Of a stretch of 64,000 nt of DNA, positions 11,390 to 23,966 are shown in pieces. The notes beneath the pieces are model-generated. The model was given only the letters and a program-made list of their open reading frames with translations. It was not told where the DNA came from and ran no database searches. A program made the position numbers and the translations under genes. Every line of letters starts with the position of its first letter. The stretch's first letter is position 1. Origin of the DNA: Azolla caroliniana (taxonomy: Eukaryota > Plantae > Polypodiophyta); the NCBI GenBank assembly GCA_043228905.1, contig JBHGNT010000005.1, positions 8,246,001 to 8,310,000 on the forward strand, given 5' to 3'.

Positions 11390-12060
11390 ATATTATGGTT
11401 CTTTGTCTTCTATTGCTGCTTAGAATGGGTAGTGTGTTCATAATTATCAAACTATTATGTTTGTTTGTCTTCCATTGCTACTTACTTTGGGTAGTGTGTT
11501 GATCATGGTGGATGCTACACTGTCCCATTAGTTGCACAACCTTGGAGTAACACCTCTCATCAATATCTACATGTTTCATACGCTTGTAGTTTAACTAGCG
11601 TTATAATTCGAAGTTCGATCCCATGAGAATCACCTAAGGATTAGATTGCCTCAACTTTAAACACAAGTATAGAAAGCTTTAATAACTTTGTTATTTCAAT
11701 CACATTATTCTAAGGTTCACTATCTTACATTAAGAACAATTATATAGATACGAGTATGGGTGAAACTCTTAATTATAACTCATTTTATTAACATGGATAC
11801 AATTACACCTCATATTTTTGCTAGACTTACCAAACAAATATAAGTCTTCATCTGAGTGTTTGTCATGTCTCACAAAAGTGTGATATTGAGCCATTGTTGA
11901 ACTTTATTATAATTGCATTAACATATCAACAATTCCAAAGTTGAGTGAATTTCATATGTTCTCCACTCGGAGACCTATCATGTTTTATTAATTTTGCAAA
12001 TTCTAATCAAGTTGTTGAACATGTGATACTAGTGCATCCAATTTTTGTAGAGAGGGTATA
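11390..12060 (-). pseudogene. Possible decayed spliced gene of unknown function, convergent with the methyltransferase gene
   Basis: Minus-strand reading ..YPLYKNWMH*YHMFNNLIRICKINK..NYNKVQQWLNITLL*DMTNTQMKTYICL ends at a GTAAGT donor-like site. After a TTAG acceptor-like site it reads VILMGSNFEL*R*LNYKRMKHVDIDERCYSKVVQLMGQC. No family recognised. Confidence 0.25.
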
Positions 12061-13055
12061 TTTGGATAATTACAAAAGGAATCTACAAGTGGAATGCACG
12101 ATCCTTCCACTTGTGAACGCTAACGTGTTTAGAGCTTATATATTAAGCCCTAACTATTTGGAAGTGTTCACAGTTATGGATACAAAGTGGAAGGAGTCGA
12201 CCTTTTATGTCAACACCTAAACGGTTTGAGCTCAACTCAGCTCGGCTTGAGCCTTGCCAAACCAACTCAAACCGGTTAAGCCGTTTATGTGATTTAATAG
12301 CTAGGTTAGAGAAAAACTTAAAAGTTAGAAATTAGACAGTTAGAAACTTGAGAGAGAGAGAGACTGACTCACTAAGACGAAGCCCTAGCCATAGGCAATG
12401 ATTGTTGAATTAGAGACTAGAGTGACGACTCACGAGTCCAGTTCGGGTTTCCACGTTAAATATCTATGTCTCTGTTCTTTCTGTTTTTCTCGTTTTCTGC
12501 CCCTCGTTTTCTGTCTATGTATCTATTTCGCTCATTTCTTTGCACCCGTATACGAACGTGAAACCGGTTGTGTCCGGTCAATTCTCAACAATTATATAGA
12601 TTCTTACAATGCATAGACAAGTCAAGAAGAGTTAAGTCACCAAAGTTTGACTCAAGACAAAGTTTGAAACAACTTCCTTTATGTAAAGGAAGTGTTAGGG
12701 CCTTATGTTCAAGACTAAACCCCAAAATAATAGGCCTTATGTTTATATTCACTATTTATGCTAAATTGTCCAGTTTCTTATCCGGTTTTATTGGAATTAC
12801 ATGTCCCTCGTGGATGGCCAATACACATCACATGCTCCTTTCAATATTTATAAGAAATAGGTTTGGGCTCTATGAGAACATGTATGTATGTCATGTCAAT
12901 GATTATAATCAAAGGAGCATGTAAATATTTCATGTAACATAATCCATTGCAACACAATAATCCTTATATAATGGATATTCTTCCATTCTATATGGGCAAG
13001 GATTTTCAAATTTTGAAACCCAACGTAAGGCTTCATATCATCTCTAGGTAGGAAG

Positions 13056-13197
13056 ACAAATTTTCAAATCCAAGTATATATCCTAAACTTTGCACAAGTG
13101 CCCTAAATTGTTTGTACATTGGGGAACACAAAATTTCATATCCAAGTATATATCCTAAACTTTGTACGATTGCCCTAAATTGTTGCTACATTGGGTA
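13056..13197. repeat. Short tandem duplication (~73-bp period, 2 copies)
   Basis: ATCCAAGTATATATCCTAAACTTTG..TGCCCTAAATTGTT..TACATTGGG occurs twice. Confidence 0.75.
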
Positions 13198-13801
13198 AGT
13201 TTTATCGAACTTAGTTTTGTTATATTCAACTTACTTGAAATCCAAATTGCCCTTGACACCCAAAACACATTTTGACTTTCAGCATCGCTTATCACCTTGA
13301 CGTGATCAATTTGAAATTGTCGAAGCAGGCCAATCTGTCCTAAAAGCGCTCTAGGTTAGTCCACAAAATTTGTTGTAGTTTAGGGGGTGATTCATCAAGT
13401 TGCCCCAACTAAACATGTACAAGGAAATGATTGTCAATACATACGTGAATGCCCAAGTGAAGACTTGAAAAGTCATAAAGTTCATTGAATTGACTAAGAT
13501 AACGAAGTTGTAAGTGGGCAATGTTTTTTGTGTCCAATGAAATCGTGTAGCATTTGCATGGTCGTACGTCTGTCCTTGACCCACATCGAGATGGACGGGC
13601 GCCCATCCAGGCAAAACATGTCCGAGGAGGAGCGTAAAGTTAGTGTTGCCAATAAATATAATTCATCCCACATCTCCACATGAGCCCCTCCCGAGTCCCC
13701 ACCCCCCCAAAAAAGAAATCGTGTCTTGTGTCATTGTAATGCAACTGAGGAAAAAAGCTCATGTTTTTTTTGTCATGGCTTCCAAAACAGGTCCTTAGGA
13801 C

Positions 13802-16117
13802 ATGACTAGCCCTGTAAGCAAAAGCAAGAGAGGACCCCTTTCTACGCACCTAACAGAAGGCAGATTCTTCACTGGAGAGAACATTTCATTTCCTTCTCTC
13901 CTGTGGCACTGTGCTCAATCCCAGAATCTTGTGCGAGCCAAGCTCACCCATGCTCATATCGTAGAAAGAGAGTACCATCCCAATGGCTATTTGATCAACC
14001 TCCTCTTGCAAGTCTATGGAAAATGTGGGTCTTTGGATGATGCCATGTCATTGTTTGGCCTGATAGGAGCTCGGGATGTTTTTTCATGGAGTACCATGAT
14101 TGAATCCTATGCACAACATGGCCATGGATTTCTGGCTTTCCAATTCTTTGAAAGAATGCAGCTTGAGAATGCCATTCCTAATAAGTTTTCTTTCCTTGGC
14201 ATCCTCCTTTCTTGCAATTCTCACAGGGCTAATAGTATATTCATTGATGGGAAGCATATCCATGCTTTGATCCTAGGTAGTGGCCTTGAAGTGGATGCTT
14301 TCTTGGGAACCTCTCTCATTCATATGTACAGCAAATGTGAATGTTTGGAAGGTGCACAACTTGTCTTTGATCACATGCAGGGGTATCATCGAAATGTGGT
14401 CGTTTGGACTGCAATTGTATCAGCAAATATTCGGCAAGATAGATGTACATACACCTTTCAGCTCTTTCAGCAAATGTTGCTCGAAAGTGTGTTCCCAGAC
14501 AAGATTTTTTTTGTGAGCATTTTCGATGGTTGCCATTGCGTGAGTGATGTAAAACACATGCATGTATACAATGCCATACTGGGGTATGATTCTGATGTAA
14601 TCATAAAAAATGCCCTTGTAAACATGTATGCCAGATTCTGCAATTTATCATATGCGTGGCAGACGTTCCAAGACATATTACGACGAACCGTGGTTTCTTG
14701 GACAACCCTTATTTCAGCCTATCTTCAGCATGATTTGTCTAAGGAAGCTCTTCAGTTCTTCAAGCAAATGCTCCTGGAATGTGTGCTTCCAGATAATGTG
14801 ACCTTTGTAAATGTTTTCTCTGCATGTACCAAGAACAATTCTCTTTTGGAGGGAAAAAGAATGCATAGTTGCTTCTTGTGCTCGGATTGTGGACTAGATG
14901 AAACTGTCCATAATGCAATTTTGCATCTGTATGGTAAATCGGGAAACTTAAAGGATGCGCAGAAGATATTTGAAAGCATGGAGAAGCGAGACCTCATCTC
15001 ATGGAATGCTATGATTGCAGCATATGCACACTATGGGCAGTTAAAGGATTCTTTTCATCTATACCGATTAATGCACGAGGAAGATCTAGTTCCAGACAAA
15101 GTTACCTTTCTCAGCCTTATCGAGGGATGCACGAAACAGGAAGCCCTGGCTGAGGGTATCTGGATGCATAATAACATATTAGACAAAGGGTTTAAATTGG
15201 ATATTGTAACTGCAACTGCACTGATTGAGATGTATGGTAGGTGTGGCAAGTTGGACATTGCAAATGATGTCTTTGAAAGTTTACAAGAGCGGGATGTGAT
15301 CGTATGGACTGCAATTATAGTAGCATGTATACACACTGAGCAAGACAAGGTAGCCATACAATTTTTTCAGCAACTTCACATGGAAGCCATGATGCCAAAC
15401 AATGTAACCTTTGTGAATGTTATCCTCGCTTGTGCCAACCAGGCAGATGAAAAAGAAGGTAAGCATGTTCACATGCGGGTTATTGCTTGTAATTTGGAGG
15501 AAACTGTGGTCATTGGAACGGCATTAGTAGATTTGTATGGGAAATGTGGTAATGCTGAAGAAGCAAGAAGGCTTTTCAACATTTTGCCAGAAAGAGACTC
15601 CTTTTCATGGAATGCGATGATTACAGCATATGCTCAACATGGGGATGGTGAGTGTGCCCTTTGGATTTTCAGAAACATGCAACCTGAAGGTGTGATACCA
15701 GATGAGGTCACTTTGAGTGTCATTCTTTGTGCTTGCAGCCATACCGGCTTCATTGATGAAGCATATCAATACCTATATTTAATTATTCTAAGATATAACA
15801 CTACATTATTAGTGGACTACTGTATCCGAATAGTCGATCTTCTTTCTAGAGCAGGACAGCTGAATGAAGGAGAGAATCTAATAAAACAAATGCCATACCA
15901 ACCATCTGGTATGCTTTGGGCAACATTACTGGGGGCATGTTGCTTACACTTAGATGTGGATAGAGGAGAGCGTGCTGCAACCTATGCTCTTGAGTTGACA
16001 CCAAAGGATACAATACCATATGTGGCACTATCAAATCTTTATGCAGCATCTGAAAATGTTTTAAATGAGATGTATAAAGACCAAAATCTGTTAAGCGAGA
16101 TGGCATTCCCGTCATGA
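13802..16117 (+). CDS. PLS-class pentatricopeptide repeat protein with C-terminal E-type extension, no DYW domain (likely organellar RNA editing/processing factor)
   Basis: Intronless 771-aa ORF with repeated MY.KCG.L..A..VF, DV.SW..MI..Y.Q.G and PD.VTF motifs. E-domain signature IVDLLSRAGQL..MPYQP..WATLLGAC..YVALSNLYA. Confidence 0.93.
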   Translation: MTSPVSKSKRGPLSTHLTEGRFFTGENISFPSLLWHCAQSQNLVRAKLTHAHIVEREYHPNGYLINLLLQVYGKCGSLDDAMSLFGLIGARDVFSWSTMIESYAQHGHGFLAFQFFERMQLENAIPNKFSFLGILLSCNSHRANSIFIDGKHIHALILGSGLEVDAFLGTSLIHMYSKCECLEGAQLVFDHMQGYHRNVVVWTAIVSANIRQDRCTYTFQLFQQMLLESVFPDKIFFVSIFDGCHCVSDVKHMHVYNAILGYDSDVIIKNALVNMYARFCNLSYAWQTFQDILRRTVVSWTTLISAYLQHDLSKEALQFFKQMLLECVLPDNVTFVNVFSACTKNNSLLEGKRMHSCFLCSDCGLDETVHNAILHLYGKSGNLKDAQKIFESMEKRDLISWNAMIAAYAHYGQLKDSFHLYRLMHEEDLVPDKVTFLSLIEGCTKQEALAEGIWMHNNILDKGFKLDIVTATALIEMYGRCGKLDIANDVFESLQERDVIVWTAIIVACIHTEQDKVAIQFFQQLHMEAMMPNNVTFVNVILACANQADEKEGKHVHMRVIACNLEETVVIGTALVDLYGKCGNAEEARRLFNILPERDSFSWNAMITAYAQHGDGECALWIFRNMQPEGVIPDEVTLSVILCACSHTGFIDEAYQYLYLIILRYNTTLLVDYCIRIVDLLSRAGQLNEGENLIKQMPYQPSGMLWATLLGACCLHLDVDRGERAATYALELTPKDTIPYVALSNLYAASENVLNEMYKDQNLLSEMAFPS

Positions 16118-17165
16118 TTATCTTCACTAACAGACAATGAAATCTTTGAAGTAGGGTAGATGGATTCACATCAATAGTCCTACTTGACAGTTAGCTCAGG
16201 TTATGCTTACATATGAGGGTGGAATATGTGATGTCACGATAAATAGCAAAAAAAAAACATATTCACAGAAGATGAAATTAATTTGGTGTAAAATATGGAA
16301 AGTTTGCAAGACATCTTAAACCCTAAAACACTTTGCACTCCTTAGCTTTTCATATGCGGTTATATTTTGAGCCTCATGGAAACTGATGGCTCACAAGAAA
16401 TACCTTCAAAACCCCAAAACCTGGCTAGTAGCCAGAGCAGATGACTCAAACAGTAAAAACAAGGAACTGCTTTACTTGGTTGAATTTTTCTGGACACTGC
16501 TGAAAAATCCTCAACCTTATGAGTCTTCAGGGACTAGTTTCTATATTGTAGTGTGTCAATGATGTATCATTTCAATGTATCCATAAATTTTTATGGCACA
16601 TCAGGACACAGTTCTATTATAGAAAATCAACTTGACGGTATTTACTGAACCAAAAAGTGATGCATGATAATCATTACAATCCACTTCAGCAGTGGATTTC
16701 TGCTCACAGTTTTCTGTACAAAAAATGGAACAGTACAACATACAGCTCAATCGTCATACATATTAGAGCACAAAGAATGTGAAGTTCATTGATGTAGAAT
16801 CGTTGTAGCTGTATTTTTTTGTAGCTTTCAAGCTGGAATAAGAAGCGCTCGTTTACAGTTTGTAGTTAACTGGCGGGAATCTGCAATACACTCTGCATAT
16901 TAAGCTAGAAATTAAGAAATATGTGAATCCTCATTGTCTCGTTGGGAGGAGTGTTCCCAACAAATATGGCTAGTAAAGCGACATCCTCTTTCACATGGCA
17001 ATATGTTGAAGTGCTTCAGTTGGTACTAATGAGAAGAGGATAGAGAAGGAGCTCTAATGCACTATGGCATATCAGAAATGTTGGTACTTTGTAACGGAAA
17101 TACCCATAATTGCAATAATCAATGTGCGTGCATTAATCTTTAATCTTATTTTGTCCACTGCAACC

Positions 17166-20100
17166 TCAAACTATAGTGCCATCAGCAACTGTTGAGTTCT
17201 TTAAAATAACAGTAATGCCAGATCGGATGTAGAAACCTTCTTCAGACCTATCACTTTCCTCTATTTTCTGAAAATTGAGCACATCCACCAAAATAATTAA
17301 TAAATATACTTGGATACAGGTATAGGTTCTCAATTAATGCTTCAGAAGCCAACCTCCGAATTTGTAAGAATAACATTCTTCCCAATCCTTGCATTTTTGT
17401 CAATAATACAGTTCCTGCAGAAGAAATTTTGGCAATGACTATGGTATCCAAACATTTCTTTTTATAGAACGCATGAAGGTTTGTTAATGCTGATATATCT
17501 GAACATCATATACAATCCTAAAAAACCATCCTAAATTAAGATTTAAGCATTGATAACTGGAAAGTTAAGACAAAAATGTGACCTTATCTTGGAGTTCTCT
17601 CCCACTCCCACAGGTACTTTCCCTTGAGCAAGAAGTATTGCTCTTTCAGCATCAGTCTCATAGAAATCAGCGCCCAGCATAACAGTATCCTAGAACCAGC
17701 AGCACCCAGCTCATTAATAAGAATATTGATGCAAAGGCAAACAAATTTATATGTTTACATGGCTAACAGGCTAACAGGTAATGAATAGGAATCTTGTGGA
17801 GCTTCGAATCATAACTACCTTCAATTCCACGCCATCCTCGATGCGGGATCGAATTCCCACAATGGAATGTTCCACGGAGCATTCCCGCAAGAAACAGCCA
17901 TGAGATACTATTGAACCAATTACCTGGTGATAGAGAGAACGTGAACGCTGCTACTTAAACATGATTTGAGATGTTGTCACACTGAATCTCTCTTACCTTG
18001 CAGTTATCCACCTTTGTTGGCGGAAGGTATCGAGGCGATGTGTAAATAGGTTTTGCAGCATCATAGAAACTAAATTTCGGTGGCTGCATTTATGGAGACA
18101 GGAGATGAAATGAGACATATATTCTACAAGATTTTGGTGTGAGTAAATTTTTGTATACAATGATGGATTAAGTATATAATTTTGTTTTGTGGTCACCTGA
18201 GCAGTGAGAGCCAAATTGGCCTCATAAAAAGATCTGATGGTTCCAATGTCCTCCCAATAACCATCAAACAAGTATGCCTGTTGAACAAAATCACTAACTT
18301 ATTACTTACACAACAGTTTGGGATAGTTCAAAGTAAGTCGCGGGCAACATATTAAAGACAATAAACACTATTCAATTCTGTACATATGACCTGTTCCTGA
18401 TAGCACACAAATTATGAAGTACCTGGACGTTGCACTCTTTGGCAGAGGCAGGAATTATTTCTGAACCAAAATCATTTGCGGTAGGGTAACGCCATCTTGA
18501 AACAGGCAGAAACACAACTTTGTCACGATGAAACATGCTACCAATATATGACTATGGAAAAACGGACAAGTTTCGCCAGACATACCTAAGCAGCTTCAAA
18601 AGAATATCTTTCTTGAAGACATATACTCCCATAGATGCAATATAAGGTGTCTTTTTTGCCTCCTCCGGAGACAATCCTAACACAGTCGTGTCCACTTGCT
18701 GAGATCACAACAAATGATCAAGAACGTCTCAGAAATTCATAAACTCCAAGGCCAGTACAACAAATATGAATTTATCCTATTAGTGTTACCATAGCTTTGA
18801 GATCATCCCCCTTGGGCTTCTCAGAAAAGTACAAAACACGGCCTTTGCTATCAATCTTCATTAAACCATAATCTGAAGCTCGACTGAAACAATTTGAAAG
18901 CAGACTTTAAAATGACCTGGTAAACACTTCATCAATTTGGCTTTCAAATTTCACTCTTATGGTTAAAAATCCCACCCCCTCTCCTCCCAAAACAACTGTC
19001 AATCCACAAACATTTAATAAGGCTATCAGGAAATGGTAAACTAATTAAATTTTCTCAGTAACATAATAATGGCAAATGAACTATGAATGTCATCTATCTC
19101 TCTGTAAATGTATATACATAGCATTGGCAAAGACATATAGAGGAAATCATTAGCTGATCCAAATCATGACTTCAAACCTCCAAAAATGTATCAATGAATA
19201 ATGTTGGAATGATGTGAACATACCTGTCGTCAATTGGAACACAAGATATTGTGATATCCGCATCATTGTCCTTGTGCTTCTGCCAAAGGAAATTCATAAA
19301 CTAATCATTCATTCTATATCTTCAACTGTGTGCAGATCCGAGCTGAGATCAAATTTAGGGTCAGATACCTGCACAAAATCCATGTAATCCATGCGATACA
19401 GATGATCACCTGAGAGAATAATCACATGCTCAATGTTGGCATTTTTAGCATCCTGTTGAGCATCCCACAGAAGAAAGAAAGAAAACAAAAAATTTTAAAA
19501 CATGGCAGAGATTATACCAAATCAATAATGAAAAACACATAGGAAAATATGACATAATTATAAAAACTTGGAACGTCATTGTTTCAAAGCACCTCAAATA
19601 GCCATGTGAATTGTCGAACAGCATCAGCAGTGCCTTGAAACCAGTTCATCCCCGCCTCTCCAGGTGTTTGTGTTGCTGCTAATACCTAGAAACGTCTCTT
19701 GTTCTCAAGTTAAATAAGAGTAGGATCGTTGTGTACTTCACTGATCAGTATAAAACTTAAAATTCCTTGGCCATAATTCTATAGTAGATTATAACAGAAA
19801 CTATTGGCAAACATAGTACAATACATAGTCATAATCTCCATCGGACGTTATCCTCAAGTATAACAGTTATACCTCCACAAATCCATCCCCAAAGTTGACA
19901 CCACTGCCACCAAGATTATAAGTCCGTGCTATGTGCCTGTTCAAAGAAGCTGAGTTGAATTGTGTAAGTATGAAGACCTTGTTGATTCCTGAGTTGATGC
20001 AATTGCTCATCGGCACGTCAATCAGACGATACGCACCACCAATGGGAACCTAAAATTTCCAAAAAGACAAAACTTTGTCTGTAATCATCATCGAAGAATT

Positions 20101-21444
20101 CCATATGAAGAGTTGGCAAAATTTTGACAAAGAGAGCATATGTATAATAGGGAGGGAAATCCGTTGAAATAGTCCCCAGTTTTCCTTCTATTCGCTGTAT
20201 GCCCCTGAGTTTTTGTCATCCCCCCTCTCGAGCTATTATACACAATGAACTATTTGAGAAATTATCTGATCAACTTATCCCCTTTTTACGTGATTATATG
20301 TGCTATTGGAGAAATTATAAGTGCTATTTGGGCCATTTTTATGGTCAATCCATCCTCCTTAACAGAATTGAATTACATGTGGTTTGACAGAAATCATATG
20401 TTCAGGGCATCCCTTCTTACACAGTAAACATATGATGAATTTCATCCCCTCCCTTCTTTCAGTGCAATATTAAGGGGGGATTTACGAAAACTTAGGAGCA
20501 TTTATGGAAAATAAAGAAAACGCAGGGGTAGTTTTTTCCCGGTGGCTATATAATTATCATTACGGCTGGTTTAGCACGTCGGCGTGTAAGTGGATACAAC
20601 CGAGTTCCAGCTCCACCCCCCAGGATGATCGACACAACGTTTCGAGGATTGGCTGCTTGAAGCTTTTCTGCTTCCTCAGATTGGACCTGCAAAGAAAAAG
20701 AGAATCAATATCTGGTCCAGTCAATTTAGAGTTCAATGAGGCTATTTTTTCTTCTTTCGGGCATTAAAGAATTCATTAGCAGTCGCCATTGAAGAACTAT
20801 ACTATATACGCCTCTAAGAGTAGGGAGGTTTTCTTTTGTACCGCAAATCATATTCTTCATGATGAAGTGATAAGGATCATTTCTTCATATTATGGAAATC
20901 CTAATTACTATGATTTTGCTCAGGAGTCATAGACCGCTAAGAAAAAAACATTTAATCTACAGAAATGAAGACATCATATTCCAATATCGGACGTTTTCCT
21001 TAAAACAGCAATAATTTGACTAAGGGATGAGAAGTGGAATGTTAAATTAGAGGAAGAAGAAGAACTATTAATGAAAGATATCAGTAATATTGACATTAAA
21101 CATTATACTTGGCTGATCTGTGGAGAGACATCTGACAAAGTAGAATTAGCAGATATTGATGCTCTGATCGTGTGGACATCAAAAGAACGATTTGTAAGAG
21201 TACGCCTTTGGCGATGATGAACACTTAATCTGGTTATGGAGGTCATGTTGTTCCTGTTGTAACGAAGGCCGATAGGAAAGAGACAACTTCCGAGGAAGCT
21301 GGATTTCATATATGAAGATGATGATGATGATGATGATGATGAAGAAGAAGAAGAAGAGGACGAGGAAGGAGTAGAAGACGAAACTGAGTACAGAGGCAGC
21401 GATGGAAGAAATGCAACAAAAGAAGAAGAAGAAGAAGAATCCAT
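17166..21444 (-). CDS. APL: ADP-glucose pyrophosphorylase large subunit, plastid-targeted (~15 exons)
   Basis: Spliced translation gives [22 protein letters not shown]^[44 protein letters not shown] (large-subunit type), [41 protein letters not shown] and the end [11 protein letters not shown]. Exon 1 (21109-21444) encodes a Ser-rich transit peptide. Confidence 0.96.
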
Positions 21445-21764
21445 GAGTCTCTAATTTGGGAATGCGGCTGTAAATGTGGTATGCAAGCTCAGAAATCAGT
21501 CCAAAGTTTTCCGAAGGTGCGGGGATGGGATTTCGTCGGCTTCTAGTGCAGAAGGAAGAAATGATTATCAGAGAGCAAAGAAAGAGTGCAACGATGAACG
21601 TCCTTCGCAGTGAGTGCAGAACTGTTAAACAGTTTAGGGTTTGGGAGCGATGGCGGGGAGCTTGAAGCAGCAGACGAAACAAAACTTCTTCTGCATATGA
21701 ATACATAACACATAACATTATCCACACAAACAAATCTCTGCAATATTTCCTTTTCGGAGCTCTT

Positions 21765-21885
21765 TGACCGCTTTCGCTTTTCGCTTTTTCGCTTTTTCGC
21801 TTTCTTGCTTTTCCGGTTTTTCGCTTTTTGCTTTTTGCTTTTTGCTTTTTTGCTTTTGCCCTTGGTTTTCGCTTTTTGCTTTTTG
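21765..21885. repeat. Degenerate (TTTTTGC/TTTTCGC)n simple repeat upstream of the APL gene
   Basis: Direct reading of ~7-bp units. Confidence 0.8.
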
Positions 21886-22929
21886 TGCACAATACGAAAA
21901 AAAAAAGCGTGCGCGCCCAAAAGGAAGGTGGGACTATGGTCCGTAGTCTATAGGCTACATGGCCACATATGTGTACATATATTTGTTAGCATATGCTCCT
22001 CTGCGAACAAATCCAACACAAGTTTTTCAAGACTAATTTCCGATCTTTCGTCAATTTGGTGATGATGGGCTCCCCCAGTAGTAAGTGATTTACCAAACTC
22101 CAAAAGACATGCAACCATATTAGCCATCATCTTCTCTCCACAAGAGAATTTGTTGAACTCGCATAGGTATCAAACATACATTTCCATGCCAACATGTGCA
22201 CCTTTAAATGAAGTAAATTTAATCCATTAGAAAGTCTAGGTGTACACAACTTCACCTATGCTTCAAAAGTCATAGGCCTCTCTTGGCATTTTGGAGCACC
22301 AAATTCGATACAAAACTTCAGAGGATATGTTTTGTTTGAAGTGTGTCCTTAGGCCAATCAATTAGAGGAAAGTTATATTATAGAGATAGATAGATAAGTC
22401 ATCGATATTGTTTGTAAACTTTGTAATCATACATGTAACACCCATGTTCCAATAATTGATTGTTGTCTAGCTTTTTGTGAAATTCATCTAGTTGTTACTT
22501 ACATGTTGCATTTTGACCAAGTCGACCTCCAAGATACCTATCTCATTTGACTTGTTATATGCACAGAGCAAGCTTTCAAAAATCCTAGTGAAGGGTACAG
22601 TGTATTTTCTTTTGTATTTATCAAAGTTTCAAGCTTTACCCAAATATTAGTTGAACTTGTACTTATGCTTAACCTTGGTGGTGAATATTTACTAAAATAT
22701 CCTAAAGTTTCAAGATTTTCCATATACACACACCTATGTTGTTTTGTGCTTACCCAACACATCAAACCCTTGCAATTTTGTTCGAGATACCCCTTCGGTA
22801 ACTATTAGTAGCATGTCACATGTGCTCACATGGTGATGGCCTTGAGAAGAAGAAAGCGGGTCACATAAGGGTAACCAAATTGGAAAACCTAGATATTTGT
22901 CTAGATCATAGTAAAGAGATTTTTTTCCT

Positions 22930-23966
22930 TTCGAGTACACTACCAAGCTAGGAAGGCAAATCATTGGATCTAAATCGATGGGTGTTGCCCTAACTCGCAA
23001 TAGCTGGAAGGATAAAGGCATTTTTTATGGCTGGTTGAAGTCGTTTTGGAGGAGGCTATGGGCGTTCGATATGCCAGAAAAAATAAAGCTTTGGTTGTGG
23101 CTTCTTAGTCACAAAGCTGTACCAGTGGGGGAGTGGCTTAGGGGTCGTGGTGGTGAGGCTAGATGCAAAATTTGTGGTCACCCTTTGGAATCAATTCCTC
23201 ATTGTTTTTGGAATTGTAACGAGGCTATTAACATTTGGGGTAGAAGGCTCCGGATAGTGGCAACATGCGGCATGAATGGGAGAGTTGTATGGGAGTCCGT
23301 ACAAGGGCTGAAGTTAACAGGGGAAGGTTGGGCTGAACAGTTAAACCCTCACGGACATGGATTTATAGTGCAAGGTGGCAAGGTGTTTCAACGGGCTGGA
23401 GTTCGACCTGGCACTAACTCAGAACTTTTTGAAGAGATATGGAGGATGGTGGCTTGTTTATCGGTCTGGCACATTTGGACCAACCGTTGTAAGTTTGTTT
23501 TTCAACAACAAAAGATCCCTAGTGGTGAGGTATTAATAAATATCTGGTTTGAGTTAGTCTCTTGGCTACGGGGACGATACGACTCGATTAAGGGGGAATC
23601 TGATGCAGCTGAAAGATCTCGATCAAAGTTCTTGCTGAAATGGGGTAATTCTCCTATGGTCGGCAGATCATCATCAGGGCCTCAATGGCACTACCAAGCA
23701 CCCCGATGGTTGTTTCCCCCAATAGTTTCCAACAACGCCTAGGTGTTGTAAATTTGTATAGTTATGGTACAAATAACTAGGTTATTGGAGTTGTTTGGAT
23801 ACGTTTGTTGAAAATGAGGTGGGGACTATGTCCGCTTTGGTGGGAAGGCCAAAGTGAGGGCTGTTGAGAGGAATTTTGAGAGTTCTATGATGTAATTTTG
23901 TTTGCTAACTAATGCGAAGCAGTATTTTTTTGGAAAATAAAAATAAAAATAAAAATAAAATAAAAA
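22930..23966 (+). mobile_element. 5'-truncated LINE (L1-like) with zf-RVT-type C-terminus, A-rich tail and 13-bp TSD
   Basis: ORF to 23742 (KIKLWLWLLSH..CKICGHPLESIPHCFWNC..WHIWTNRC), (AAAAT)n tail, TSD AGATTTTTTTCCT at 22917-22929 and 23967-23979. Confidence 0.9.

Noticed and set aside
21179-21920. Lys-rich ORFs of 237 and 125 aa upstream of APL
   Set aside because: They arise from simple repeats and off-frame overlap with APL exon 1.
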